A stretch of 28,645 nt of DNA from Armatimonadota bacterium (GTDB taxonomy: Bacteria; Armatimonadota; Zipacnadia; Zipacnadales; UBA11051): assembly GCA_030612305.1 (NCBI GenBank), contig JAUWOG010000001.1, positions 1 through 28,645 on the forward strand, read 5' to 3'. The translations under genes and the position numbers were made by a program. Every line of letters starts with the position of its first letter. Position 1 is the stretch's first letter. The notes under the pieces are model-generated. The model saw nothing but the letters and a program-made list of their open reading frames with translations, had not been told where the DNA came from and searched no databases. Positions 7,953 to 16,018 of this stretch are shown one piece after another.

Positions 7953-7969
7953 TACGTCCTCCTCTGATA

Positions 7970-8043
7970 TGTTGTGGCCTGTTGTGGTCGCCAGAATGGC
8001 CTTGGTAGTTTATATTGTAGCGCAAAAGGTGGGAGCCGAGCAA
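7970..8043 (-). promoter_or_regulatory. Putative TA promoter with a tandem direct-repeat operator
   Basis: Minus strand TTGCTC (8043-8038), N18, TACAAT (8019-8014). TGTTGTGG is repeated at 7970 and 7980 (10-bp period) between the -10 element and the RBS. Confidence 0.45.
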
Positions 8044-8103
8044 GGGGAAGCTAGATGCAAGCTGGGGCAGGCGGGTACAAGTGGCGACCAAAGAGGCGAG
8101 GGG

Positions 8104-9723
8104 TCAGGCTTCGTCCTGGTCCTCGTCCTGGTTCTCGTCTTCGGTCCAGTCGAGGCGGCCCTGGTATGGCGGGGCGAGGTTCTCCTGGCAGGCTACCTCG
8201 ACGTTGAGTTCCGTCTTGCCGCTGACCTCGCGCAGTATGTCCCCGATGAGCGGGAGAATGCGCTGGATGTACTGGCAGAAGAAGGGGACCGGGGTGACCA
8301 TGACGGCGGACTTGCCGCGGATCGGCAGGAGGTACGTCGAGAGCAGTGCGGGGGACATCTCGCCGCGCTGTTCGAGCCTCGCCTTAGCCTGCTCCCAGAT
8401 CGCCTTCGTGCTCTCCCCTATCCCGAGTTCGGTCTCGATGGAGGCGCGGATGCCGCGGTACTCCTGCTGCTCGGCCTCGCGCTGGGCCTCGAGTTCGAGT
8501 GCGCGGCTCTCGGCGAGCTCCGCTTCGCCCGGCTCGATGCCGGAGCTTTCGGTGCGCTCGCGCTCCTCGTACCATTCGGGGATGACCCAGTCCTTCGAGC
8601 GGATGGCGGCCACGAGCCATGCGGCCGGGCTCTCGTGAGGCAGCCAGCCCTGGGAGAGCTTGTACTCGCAGTAGGCGGTCCAGCGGTGGATGTGGTGGTC
8701 GGCGTAGTTGGCGACAAGCTGACGCGCCATGGTCTCAGTTACGCCGAGTGCGACGAGTTTCGCAAAGAGGCCGTTATCGGCGGCGGGAAGCGCGTCGTGC
8801 GCCACCTGACCGGGGCGGCGCTTCGGGGCAAATGTATAGACAACCAGCTCCTCGGAGCCGCGACGCCTCGGGCGATAGTAGTTGACCTCGCGGAGAAAAC
8901 CCCTCTCGATGAGTTCGTCATGGACGCGTTGTAGCTCGCGCTTGATCTGGGAGGGGTAGTAATTGCGACTCATGCCGAGCTTCTCGAAGGCCAGCTTGCT
9001 CAGCCTCATGCGGTATGTTGCCTTGCCGTCATAGCGCTTCTTGTCCAGGTATCTGAACAAGCGGCGCGCCAGCGGAGTGCTGAGAGAAAAGTACATCCCC
9101 GTGTCCAATTGTTTGATGTTTCCTGCGCGGAAGCTGTTGAAGAGCACCGGGTTCCAGACGATGTAGCTGTGCGGCGGGTTGGTGTCGCGGCCGGGCTTCT
9201 CGTCGTATAGGCGGTAGCCCTCAAGAATGTGGAAGCCCTCGTTGACGTAGCGCTTGGCCTCATTATCCCAGAAAGAGTTGTTCGCGACAATACTCACACC
9301 CATGAGCCGGTTCAGGGAATCCTGTATGCGCTTGTATGAATGACCGTCGCGCGGCCAACCCATCCGTCGCAGCAAATCATATCGCGTAATTGGTATCTTT
9401 GCGTCCTCGAAGCCGTATTCCTCGCTAATTTCCATGAGCGCGACATAGAGTTCCTCATCGCCCGCAACCGGCAGGCCATACGCCTCCGAGCCGGTAATCG
9501 TCCACACTCTCCGGACGGCCTTCCCGCCCTTGCCGCTGATTATGTCATTGAACCGAATCGTGTTCAGGCCCTCGGGCACACGGTGCGAAAGCATCGTGAA
9601 GGGAAACTCGGCGAGGTTCATTTCGTCGCGACCGATACGCACCTCAAGGCGATCCTCAGTTGCCGGATCGTCCTGCAACATGCTTGTCTGGCGCGTTTTC
9701 TCTGGTAACGGCTTGGAACCCAT
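8104..9723 (-). CDS. repA: Plasmid/chromid replication initiator RepA (RPA-type) with a C-terminal DnaA-domain-I-like region
   Basis: RDEMNLAEFPF, GLPVAGDEELYVALM, SYKRIQDSLNRL and RRLFRYLDK are motifs of RPA-family initiators. ATG 9723 has GAGG at good spacing. The gene is adjacent to an iteron-like array and parA. Confidence 0.85.
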   Translation of the reverse strand: MGSKPLPEKTRQTSMLQDDPATEDRLEVRIGRDEMNLAEFPFTMLSHRVPEGLNTIRFNDIISGKGGKAVRRVWTITGSEAYGLPVAGDEELYVALMEISEEYGFEDAKIPITRYDLLRRMGWPRDGHSYKRIQDSLNRLMGVSIVANNSFWDNEAKRYVNEGFHILEGYRLYDEKPGRDTNPPHSYIVWNPVLFNSFRAGNIKQLDTGMYFSLSTPLARRLFRYLDKKRYDGKATYRMRLSKLAFEKLGMSRNYYPSQIKRELQRVHDELIERGFLREVNYYRPRRRGSEELVVYTFAPKRRPGQVAHDALPAADNGLFAKLVALGVTETMARQLVANYADHHIHRWTAYCEYKLSQGWLPHESPAAWLVAAIRSKDWVIPEWYEERERTESSGIEPGEAELAESRALELEAQREAEQQEYRGIRASIETELGIGESTKAIWEQAKARLEQRGEMSPALLSTYLLPIRGKSAVMVTPVPFFCQYIQRILPLIGDILREVSGKTELNVEVACQENLAPPYQGRLDWTEDENQDEDQDEA

Positions 9724-9917
9724 AATCACCCTCGCTGGTCTGGCTCTACCCTTGCGTACTCCCTCCAGCGCTACATATTATCTCGAGTCTGTTGGAGTAT
9801 TCATCAGCCTGCACGGCTTTTCTCGTTTTTCGCAGATTCGATTCCAGGCACGGGTCTCTTGGAATGCAACTTCCGTGCCATTCGCCATAAGCCCCGCAGC
9901 CTCAGGGCTTCGATTAG

Positions 9918-10743
9918 CGTGTTCTGACACAAGGTGTTGCTTGTCAATTGATGTCTCTGGAGTATTGGTCGCCGACACAGAAATCCCTCTTGTCAAATGA
10001 AAAGTAGTGTTGAAATAATGATCCTGGTGTGCAAATGCCTTTTGATGAATGGATGGCAACAACAAACGAGGTGAGCTGTAGTGATGTGAGCGATTGGTGG
10101 CCAGGCCAGATTCGCTTGGTTTCTTAGTGTCTTGTTGTTGATTCCATAACAGTCTTGATTCAAGACAGGTTCTAAGACTCCAGGAGCCATTGTGGCACAG
10201 GGGCTTATGGCGCTCGATTTGTGCCAAGACACCATAGCCTTGTGTTGCTACACGTCTTTGCGTTTCGCCTACTTGTCTCACCACTCGCCATTCATTGTGC
10301 CAGTACGCGGTATTCCAGGTGCCCATCTTGTGTTGGCACACGACTTTCCCCATTGCGCGAACTGCTCCAGCGCCCCCACCGCGTCCGCCTCCAGGAGTAT
10401 AGACGCACCTGCGCCCACAATACCACATTTTCAGGTGTCCATCATGAGCTTCGAGCACATCATCAATTTCGACGAACACTGGCTCTTGGCCTTTTTCTTG
10501 TGCGAGACAACTATATTTCCGGCAACGATTGTCTCTTTACTTGAGCCGGTACACACTATTCCTTGGGTCACCACACTACTTTGCTTGCATGAGATCACTA
10601 TATGGAGCGCTTATTGGGCGCAACACTGCGGATTCTTGTGCTGGCACACGATATTGTCTGTATCGGCGCACGGTATTTCTGCAGTCGTATGCCTATAGCG
10701 TGGTCTGACACAAGATATGCCGCCAGGCACTGTGGCACAATGG
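9918..10743. repeat. Iteron-like array, candidate replication origin
   Basis: Degenerate 16-mer (C/T/A)TTG(TG)-N6-CAC(G/N) in direct copies at 10218, 10239, 10272, 10294, 10327, 10540, 10562, 10584 and 10635, with inverted copies at 9918-9933 and 10699-10714. Spacings are 21, 33, 22, 33 and 22, 22. An AT-rich tract lies at about 9990-10050. Confidence 0.75.
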
Positions 10744-10955
10744 CCGAAGACACGCAATACGAGCGGTGAAAAAGCCTCAAGAGAGGGCGGACTGATACTG
10801 GAGATGGGGCTACGAGGGAAGGGCAATACAAATGTCCCTCTCCCCTATCGGCGCGGCTCTGGTGGGGTCGTATGAGAGCGCGGCCGCGAGGAACTAAGGA
10901 GCAGCGAGAGCCGCATCAGGGGCGGGAAGCCAACAGGCTCTTGTGCTGGCGACCT

Positions 10956-11447
10956 CTATTCCTCAGCGGGCTCGCCCCACGCGCGGGCGAGTTCGAGCAG
11001 CGCCTGCGCAATCAGCTCCGGGTCATAGATGGATATCGCCATCGCCGCCTGCGCGATCTGTGAGCGGTTGGCCTTGATGCCGTGCTCGGTCAAGAGGCGC
11101 ACGCGGCAGACTTCGAGTTGCTGGAGCATCTGCGCGGGCACGTAGAATGTCACCTTTTCCGTGTCCGGCTGGGGCAGCGTCTGTGGCGGCGCCAGAGTCT
11201 GCGAGGCCGCGATGCGGGCGAGGTCGAGTTGGCGCTCTGAGAGCAATGGCTGTGAGCCGGCAAGCGAAGCAGTCGGCTGAGGCACGACCTCAGGCTGCGG
11301 CATCTCAGTCTCTGCAGGCTGCGCTTCCTCAGGCGCTCGCCTGGCTCTTCTCTTGCGCGAGGGCTTCTGTGGCTCGGCCGCCTCCTCGGCGTCCTTCACC
11401 GTGCTGAAGAAGTCCTCAGCCCCGGGCAGCTTTGGTTTTCTGGCCAC
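10956..11447 (-). CDS. ParA partner protein (RHH-type, non-ParB centromere-binding candidate)
   Basis: GTG start with RBS AGGAGG, overlapping the parA 3' end. It has an N-terminal LPGAEDFF peptide, a low-complexity linker, and a C-terminal EKVTFYV...EHGIKANRSQI. This resembles the LPGADELF...EKITVY...EHGLAVDRGRI proteins found after ParA homologues in Actinobacteria. Confidence 0.7.
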   Translation of the reverse strand: MARKPKLPGAEDFFSTVKDAEEAAEPQKPSRKRRARRAPEEAQPAETEMPQPEVVPQPTASLAGSQPLLSERQLDLARIAASQTLAPPQTLPQPDTEKVTFYVPAQMLQQLEVCRVRLLTEHGIKANRSQIAQAAMAISIYDPELIAQALLELARAWGEPAEE

Positions 11448-12210
11448 GCTGCATGACCTCCTTTGCCAGACTGCGGTACGCCTCCGCCGCCAGCCCGCCA
11501 GGATCGTACATCGTTATCGGCAAGTTGGCCGCGGCGGCCTCCTGGAGGCGTATCGTCGTCGGTATCACCGACTGCATCACATCATCGCCGAAACCTTCCC
11601 GCACCATTTCGATGACATCGCGGTTGTGTATGGTGCGGCGGTCCTGCATCGTCATCACAATACCGCAGATGCGGAGCTTGGGATTGAGTTCGGCGCGGAT
11701 ACGCTCGATGCTCTGCGCCACCTGCCGCAAGCCGTGGAGCGCGAGAAACGAGGCCTGCTGCGGCACGAGCACCTCGTCCGCGGCAACTAGAGCGCCGACG
11801 TAGAGAAGCTGGAGGCCGGGCGGATTGTCGAGAATGAGGTAGTCGTAATCGCTGCGAACACTCTGCAGCGCCTCGGCGACGACGCTGTGGCGCTGCTCGG
11901 GGGGCCGCTCCATCAGCAATATCTCCGCACCGGCGAGGTCATTGGTGGCAGGGGCTATGTCCACCCCGGCCAGGGTCGTCTCGCGTATCGCATCTTCCAT
12001 CCCCACCTCGGGGTCGAACAACGCATCATACACGCTTGCTTCGCCGGGTTCCACGCTGATGCCCAGGTATGCCGAGAGGTCGGCTCGCGGGTCGAGATCA
12101 ACGAGCAATACGGCGGCCCCGGTTTCGCCAATGGCGGCGGCGAGGTTGAGCGCAGTTGTGGTCTTGCCGACCCCGCCTTTCTGATTGCAGATGGCGATGA
12201 TACGCGGCAT
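11416..12210 (-). CDS. parA: ParA/Soj family partition ATPase
   Basis: Deviant Walker A NQKGGVGKTT, DLDPRADL, Walker B ILDNPP and LQEAAA. Start re-called at MPRII (RBS GAGGGAG). Confidence 0.95.
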   Translation of the reverse strand: MPRIIAICNQKGGVGKTTTALNLAAAIGETGAAVLLVDLDPRADLSAYLGISVEPGEASVYDALFDPEVGMEDAIRETTLAGVDIAPATNDLAGAEILLMERPPEQRHSVVAEALQSVRSDYDYLILDNPPGLQLLYVGALVAADEVLVPQQASFLALHGLRQVAQSIERIRAELNPKLRICGIVMTMQDRRTIHNRDVIEMVREGFGDDVMQSVIPTTIRLQEAAAANLPITMYDPGGLAAEAYRSLAKEVMQRGQKTKAARG

Positions 12211-12267
12211 CGCGGGTTGGCTCCCTCGGGAGTGCTTGGTAATACGACGGGCGTGCCCTTGCAAGTG

Positions 12268-12386
12268 TACCGCAAGACCGCCCGAAAGTAAAGCCGTAGA
12301 GCAGTGTTTCAGTAAGGCGGCCCAGCGTTATGGAAGGGATTACCGTAAGACTGTATAGCCGATAGGCCTGTTGAACCGCAAGGCGG
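12268..12386. repeat. Direct repeats upstream of parA (candidate centromere/operator)
   Basis: TACCGCAAGACCG (12268), TTCAGTAAGGCGG (12308), TACCGTAAGACTG (12341) and AACCGCAAGGCGG (12374). The last three are spaced exactly 33 bp apart. A related ACGGTAAGACGG lies at 12561. Confidence 0.55.
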
Positions 12387-12598
12387 TCAAAACGTATTGC
12401 GGTACAACGGCTGGAGGGGCCTCAGGAGGCGCTGAAGGGGTAGTGCGGCGTGGGTGGGATAGGGGATGGGTTTGGTGGGGGAGATGTGACGGAAGATGTG
12501 GGGGCGTTGCGGGCGAGGGGGATGTGGGAATGTGCGAAGGGATAGCGGCCTAGCGGGAAAACGGTAAGACGGTAAAGAGGCGCAGCGGCAGGTGGGGG

Positions 12599-13570
12599 CT
12601 ATGGATTGGGGATGGGCGAGGTGATGCGGGCAGCGAGGTGGGAGAGGTGGTGGCCGGGGCGCGCGTAGAATGTCGGCGTCCCCGCGATGGTGACAGTGAG
12701 AGGCTCGGCGGGGTGTTGCTGAAGTGGGAGAAGCTGGCCGGGCGCGATGTTTGAGATGGTGCGCAGAGGGAGACGGAGACGGGCGACCTCAGCAACGATG
12801 GGAATCGGGGCGGCGGCGGCGTGTTTGGAGATGGGCCCGGAGAGAGAGATGTTGCGCAGGTGCGAGGTGTGGACGCCGTCGCGTTCGAGGGGGCGGAGAA
12901 GGCGTTGGAGGGAGGCTTGCGGGAGGGCGAGGTTGGTTGATGCTGAGTGGTCTCCGATCTGGAAGCGGTAGATGGCGTGGACTATGTCCTGGGCATCAGC
13001 GGAGATGTCGAGGTTGGCAACGGTGGAGGCGATGGCGGTGACGGTGGGGGAGAGCTGAGCGAGAGCCGGCCAGGTGAGGGTCCAAGTGCGGAGGATTTCA
13101 TTGAAGAGGCGGGTCAAGAGAGCGGCCTCGATGGGGGTGGGGTCGTGAGGGAGGACGTCTTCGGTGAGAGCGGGAGCGCCGAGCATCGTGTTGATGAGGA
13201 GAACGGCGATACCGGGATCAATCTGCCAGACGCCGGGGGCGGAATGGGGATCCAGGGCGAAGATGACGAGGATGGGGTTGGACGGGAGCCCGCGGATGTA
13301 TTGGTCGAAGGTTGGATAATCGAGGCCCTCGAAGGCGACGGAAAGGGGGGCGTTGAGATAGGCGGTCAGCGTACGGGAGAGGACCTTGGAGAGGACCGTG
13401 CAGCGGTTGGCAAGCTCATGGGTCTGGTCAGGTGAGAGCTGGGTCGCATCGCGGAAGTCGTAGAGGGCCACGGTGGCAGTGGCGTCAGGGTGCGTATCAG
13501 CGCGGGCTATGGCCATGGAAGTGACCAGCACGTCGAGCTCTTCCTGGGTAATGAGCGGCTCGTCACTCAT
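12599..13570 (-). CDS. fliM: Flagellar motor switch protein FliM
   Basis: N-terminal CheY-binding peptide LITQEELDVL, LYDFRD, TFDQYIRGLP, a central CheC-like region, and a C-terminal SpoA/FliMN-like region. Confidence 0.88.
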   Translation of the reverse strand: MSDEPLITQEELDVLVTSMAIARADTHPDATATVALYDFRDATQLSPDQTHELANRCTVLSKVLSRTLTAYLNAPLSVAFEGLDYPTFDQYIRGLPSNPILVIFALDPHSAPGVWQIDPGIAVLLINTMLGAPALTEDVLPHDPTPIEAALLTRLFNEILRTWTLTWPALAQLSPTVTAIASTVANLDISADAQDIVHAIYRFQIGDHSASTNLALPQASLQRLLRPLERDGVHTSHLRNISLSGPISKHAAAAPIPIVAEVARLRLPLRTISNIAPGQLLPLQQHPAEPLTVTIAGTPTFYARPGHHLSHLAARITSPIPNP

Positions 13571-13608
13571 GGGTCTTCCCCTTTGGCCGGCAGATGAGCA
13601 CGAGGGCG

Positions 13609-14622
13609 CTATTCGACATAGGCAACGTCATCGTAGTCAATGGTTATTTCCCCTTTCTCGTCGAGTTCGCGTGCCAGGGCGGCAAGGCCTGCGCGAGCGT
13701 TTTCCACGTCGGCCACGCGGACGGGGCCGAGCGCTTCAATCTCCTCTTCGAGACCCTCTCTGCCGCGCTCGGAGAGGTTCTCGGCGATGTGGGCTTTGCT
13801 CTGGTCCTCAAGCCCCTTGACGGCCATAGCGAGATCGCGCGTCTCGGCGGCGCGGAGCACGGTCTGAAGGGCGCGATCGGGAAGGCCGAGCACGTTCTCG
13901 AAGGTGAAGAGGTTCTGCTCGATGCGGGCGGCAAGATCGGGGTCGTGCTTTCCCAGATCTTCGAGCAGACTCTGCTGCGTGGGGCGGTCGAGGTTGGTGA
14001 GCAGGTCCAACATGAATGAAAAGGTGTCGTTGGGATCGCTGTGCTTATTGTCCGTCTGGGGCGCGAAGGCCTCGTCGAGGCCCTCAGCGAGGGCCTGGAG
14101 TGCGCCGGGGGCCAGGGCATGAAGAGTCGCGGCTCTACCGACAATATCGGCGCGGCGCTCTTCGGGGATGTCCTGGAGCACCTCGGCTGCCTTGGCAGGG
14201 GACAGTTGGCTGATGAGTACGGCGGCGGTCTGTGGCAGCTCGGCCTCGAGGCGCCGGGCGATGACCGCGGCGTTCATGCCGACCATCTCGCGCAGCTGGT
14301 CGAGACCGTCGCCTTGGTGCAGCGTAAGGTCAAGGTCGTTGTCACTGCCCAGAGCCTCAGAGAGTATCTGCTGGGCCATGTCGAGACCGCCGAGGCGCTC
14401 GGTCTGCAGGCAGGATGCCGAGAACCCCTGGAGTATTGCCTTGTACTCCTCGGCGCTGATGGCATCGAGGCGAGCGACTTCCTCGGCCAGCGTGCGGACC
14501 GTCCCCTCCTTCAGGCGCTTGCACACTGCCGTTGCCAGCTCGGTCCCGAGCGAGGCGACGATGACGGCGGCTTTCTGCAGAGTCTTGTGCGAATCGATAG
14601 GCCCATCGGCCACCTGGGTCAC
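13609..14622 (-). CDS. fliG: Flagellar motor switch protein FliG
   Basis: QKAAVIVASLG, GGLDMAQQIL, ELPQTAAVLISQL, LFTFENV, ENLSERGREGLEEEI and GPVRVADVE are all FliG motifs. GTG start. Confidence 0.93.
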   Translation of the reverse strand: MTQVADGPIDSHKTLQKAAVIVASLGTELATAVCKRLKEGTVRTLAEEVARLDAISAEEYKAILQGFSASCLQTERLGGLDMAQQILSEALGSDNDLDLTLHQGDGLDQLREMVGMNAAVIARRLEAELPQTAAVLISQLSPAKAAEVLQDIPEERRADIVGRAATLHALAPGALQALAEGLDEAFAPQTDNKHSDPNDTFSFMLDLLTNLDRPTQQSLLEDLGKHDPDLAARIEQNLFTFENVLGLPDRALQTVLRAAETRDLAMAVKGLEDQSKAHIAENLSERGREGLEEEIEALGPVRVADVENARAGLAALARELDEKGEITIDYDDVAYVE

Positions 14623-14668
14623 CTTCGGTCTGGCATCGCCCTTGGGCGTCAGCTACTGTGGTGAGTGA

Positions 14669-15142
14669 CTACGCGGCCTTGCGTGTCTTGCGCAGCGCCA
14701 CATTGATGTCAATCTTGCCGAACTGGCTGGATACGGGAACCAGCAACGCGGGACAGAGGGTTGTAACCTGGATACCGGAGCCGTTGATCAGCGACGGCGG
14801 CGTGATATCGCACTGGAAGCCGGCGGTCTCGAGGTGTGTAGTCGCATTGCCTGTTATGATGTTGGCCAACTCGCTCAGCGCGCTGGAAGCCAGCTCGTCT
14901 ATCTCCTTGACGTCTTGATCAAGCATCTGCGAGGCGATCTTCAGCGCCGTCACCTGCGACATCCCGTACAGAGCCACCCCTTCGATGTCACCGCTGACAC
15001 CGAGCAGCGTCGAGAGCTCCTGAGTGGTGAAGGTGTTGCCATCCCGCAGCGTCAACTGGCCCCGCTCCGGAGAGGCGCTGACTACTTGCGACAGAACGGT
15101 GAAGGTTGCTCGGACGAAGGGCTCGATGAACTCTACTTGCAT
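14669..15142 (-). CDS. cheX: Chemotaxis phosphatase CheX
   Basis: MQVEFIEPFVRAT start (RBS GAGGAG), GVSGDIEG, SALSELANIITGNA (E-x-x-N catalytic motif) and DITPPSLI. Confidence 0.93.
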   Translation of the reverse strand: MQVEFIEPFVRATFTVLSQVVSASPERGQLTLRDGNTFTTQELSTLLGVSGDIEGVALYGMSQVTALKIASQMLDQDVKEIDELASSALSELANIITGNATTHLETAGFQCDITPPSLINGSGIQVTTLCPALLVPVSSQFGKIDINVALRKTRKAA

Positions 15143-15219
15143 TGAGCCGGCGCTCCTCAGGGATGGCATTGTCAGAATCAGCGTGCCGCCAGACGGCTAG
15201 CAGGCACCGTCGAGGTGCC

Positions 15220-15235
15220 AGCAATTTAGGTGCCA
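15220..15235 (-). promoter_or_regulatory. sigma54 -24/-12 promoter upstream of cheX-fliG-fliM
   Basis: Minus strand TGGCAC-CTAAA-TTGCT, exact consensus, in the cheY-cheX intergenic gap. Confidence 0.85.
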
Positions 15236-15297
15236 ATGCGGGGGCGCGGGGAGAAGCCGTGCCTACCGAAGTGTCGCGCAACTTAGGGGGAGTCGTC

Positions 15298-15666
15298 TCA
15301 AGCGGCCGCGGAGAGCAGGCGCTGGACTATCTCAAGGACCTTCTCCGGCTCGAACGGCTTGACCACGTATTCGCAGGCTCCGGCCTTGACCGCCTCGAGT
15401 ACCATCTGCTGCTGCCCCAGCGCCGAGCAGATGACCACCTTCGCCGAAGGGTCTTTCTCGATGATCGCTTTGGGCGCGCCGATCCCGTCAAGGCCCGGCA
15501 TCGTGATATCCATCAGCACCAGGTCGGGCTTCTCGGCCTCATAGGCGGCAACGCCGGCCTCGCCGTCCGGGGCCTCACACGTCTGATAGCCGACGCCATC
15601 GAGAATACTGCACAACATCTTGCGCATGTAGAGGGCGTCGTCAACGGTCAGTATCTTGGCAGACAT
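15298..15666 (-). CDS. cheY: Chemotaxis response regulator CheY (Bacillus/Thermotoga-like)
   Basis: Single receiver domain: VDDALYMR, LMDITMP (phospho-Asp), SALGQQ and VVKPF. Confidence 0.9.
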   Translation of the reverse strand: MSAKILTVDDALYMRKMLCSILDGVGYQTCEAPDGEAGVAAYEAEKPDLVLMDITMPGLDGIGAPKAIIEKDPSAKVVICSALGQQQMVLEAVKAGACEYVVKPFEPEKVLEIVQRLLSAAA

Positions 15667-15765
15667 CGCCGCAGTCTCCTTGCCAATATGGGCGCGAGGT
15701 CATAGTCGGGCCGCTGAGTATAGCCGAGTGCCGCGACACTCGGACCGCCACGGCTGACTGTGTGA

Positions 15766-15793
15766 TTATCGGCCTTCGCGCGCCATTCCTTGA
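15766..15793 (-). promoter_or_regulatory. sigma28-type promoter upstream of cheY
   Basis: Minus strand TCAAG (15793-15789), N15, GCCGATAA (15773-15766). Same geometry as the fliJ site. Confidence 0.8.
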
Positions 15794-16018
15794 GTTCCAA
15801 TAATCTTTACGAGCGATTTTCTAAAGCCGCCTCGGCCTCCCGCCGATACTATCTCTACGTAATCCCTTCAGACCTAGTACCAGTGCCCGCTGTCGAATGG
15901 GGGAGAGGAGGTATGCCCCGCCCCCCTTCACACTTGCACTCCCAGCCGCAATCGCGATTTCGGACAGAGCCCGGCCCTCATAACCACCGCGTTCACCCTA
16001 AGGAGCGCCTGAATCACC

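Larger units (their letters stand above)
7328..12386 (-). mobile_element. Replication/partition/addiction cassette of a secondary replicon (or an integrated plasmid)
   Basis: Contiguous parA, partner gene, iteron array, repA and TA pair, all on one strand. This is the canonical backbone layout of low-copy plasmids and chromids. Confidence 0.75.

Noticed and set aside
10218-10650. CRISPR array or CRP sites
   Set aside because: The repeats are 16 bp, degenerate and irregularly spaced, and no cas genes are present. The GTG-to-CAC spacing is 6, not the 8 of CRP sites.
9778-10698. ORFs 9778-10479 (-) and 10192-10698 (+)
   Set aside because: Atypical composition, no RBS or motifs, and they overlap the repeat array; better explained as non-coding origin DNA.
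10194-10740. TGGCAC hexamers as sigma54 promoters in the origin region
   Set aside because: None has TTGC at the required -12 position; they are parts of the iteron and palindrome motifs.
12358-12365. GCCGATAG as a third sigma28 -10 element
   Set aside because: No TCAAG/TAAA at the matching distance, and it points away from parA.
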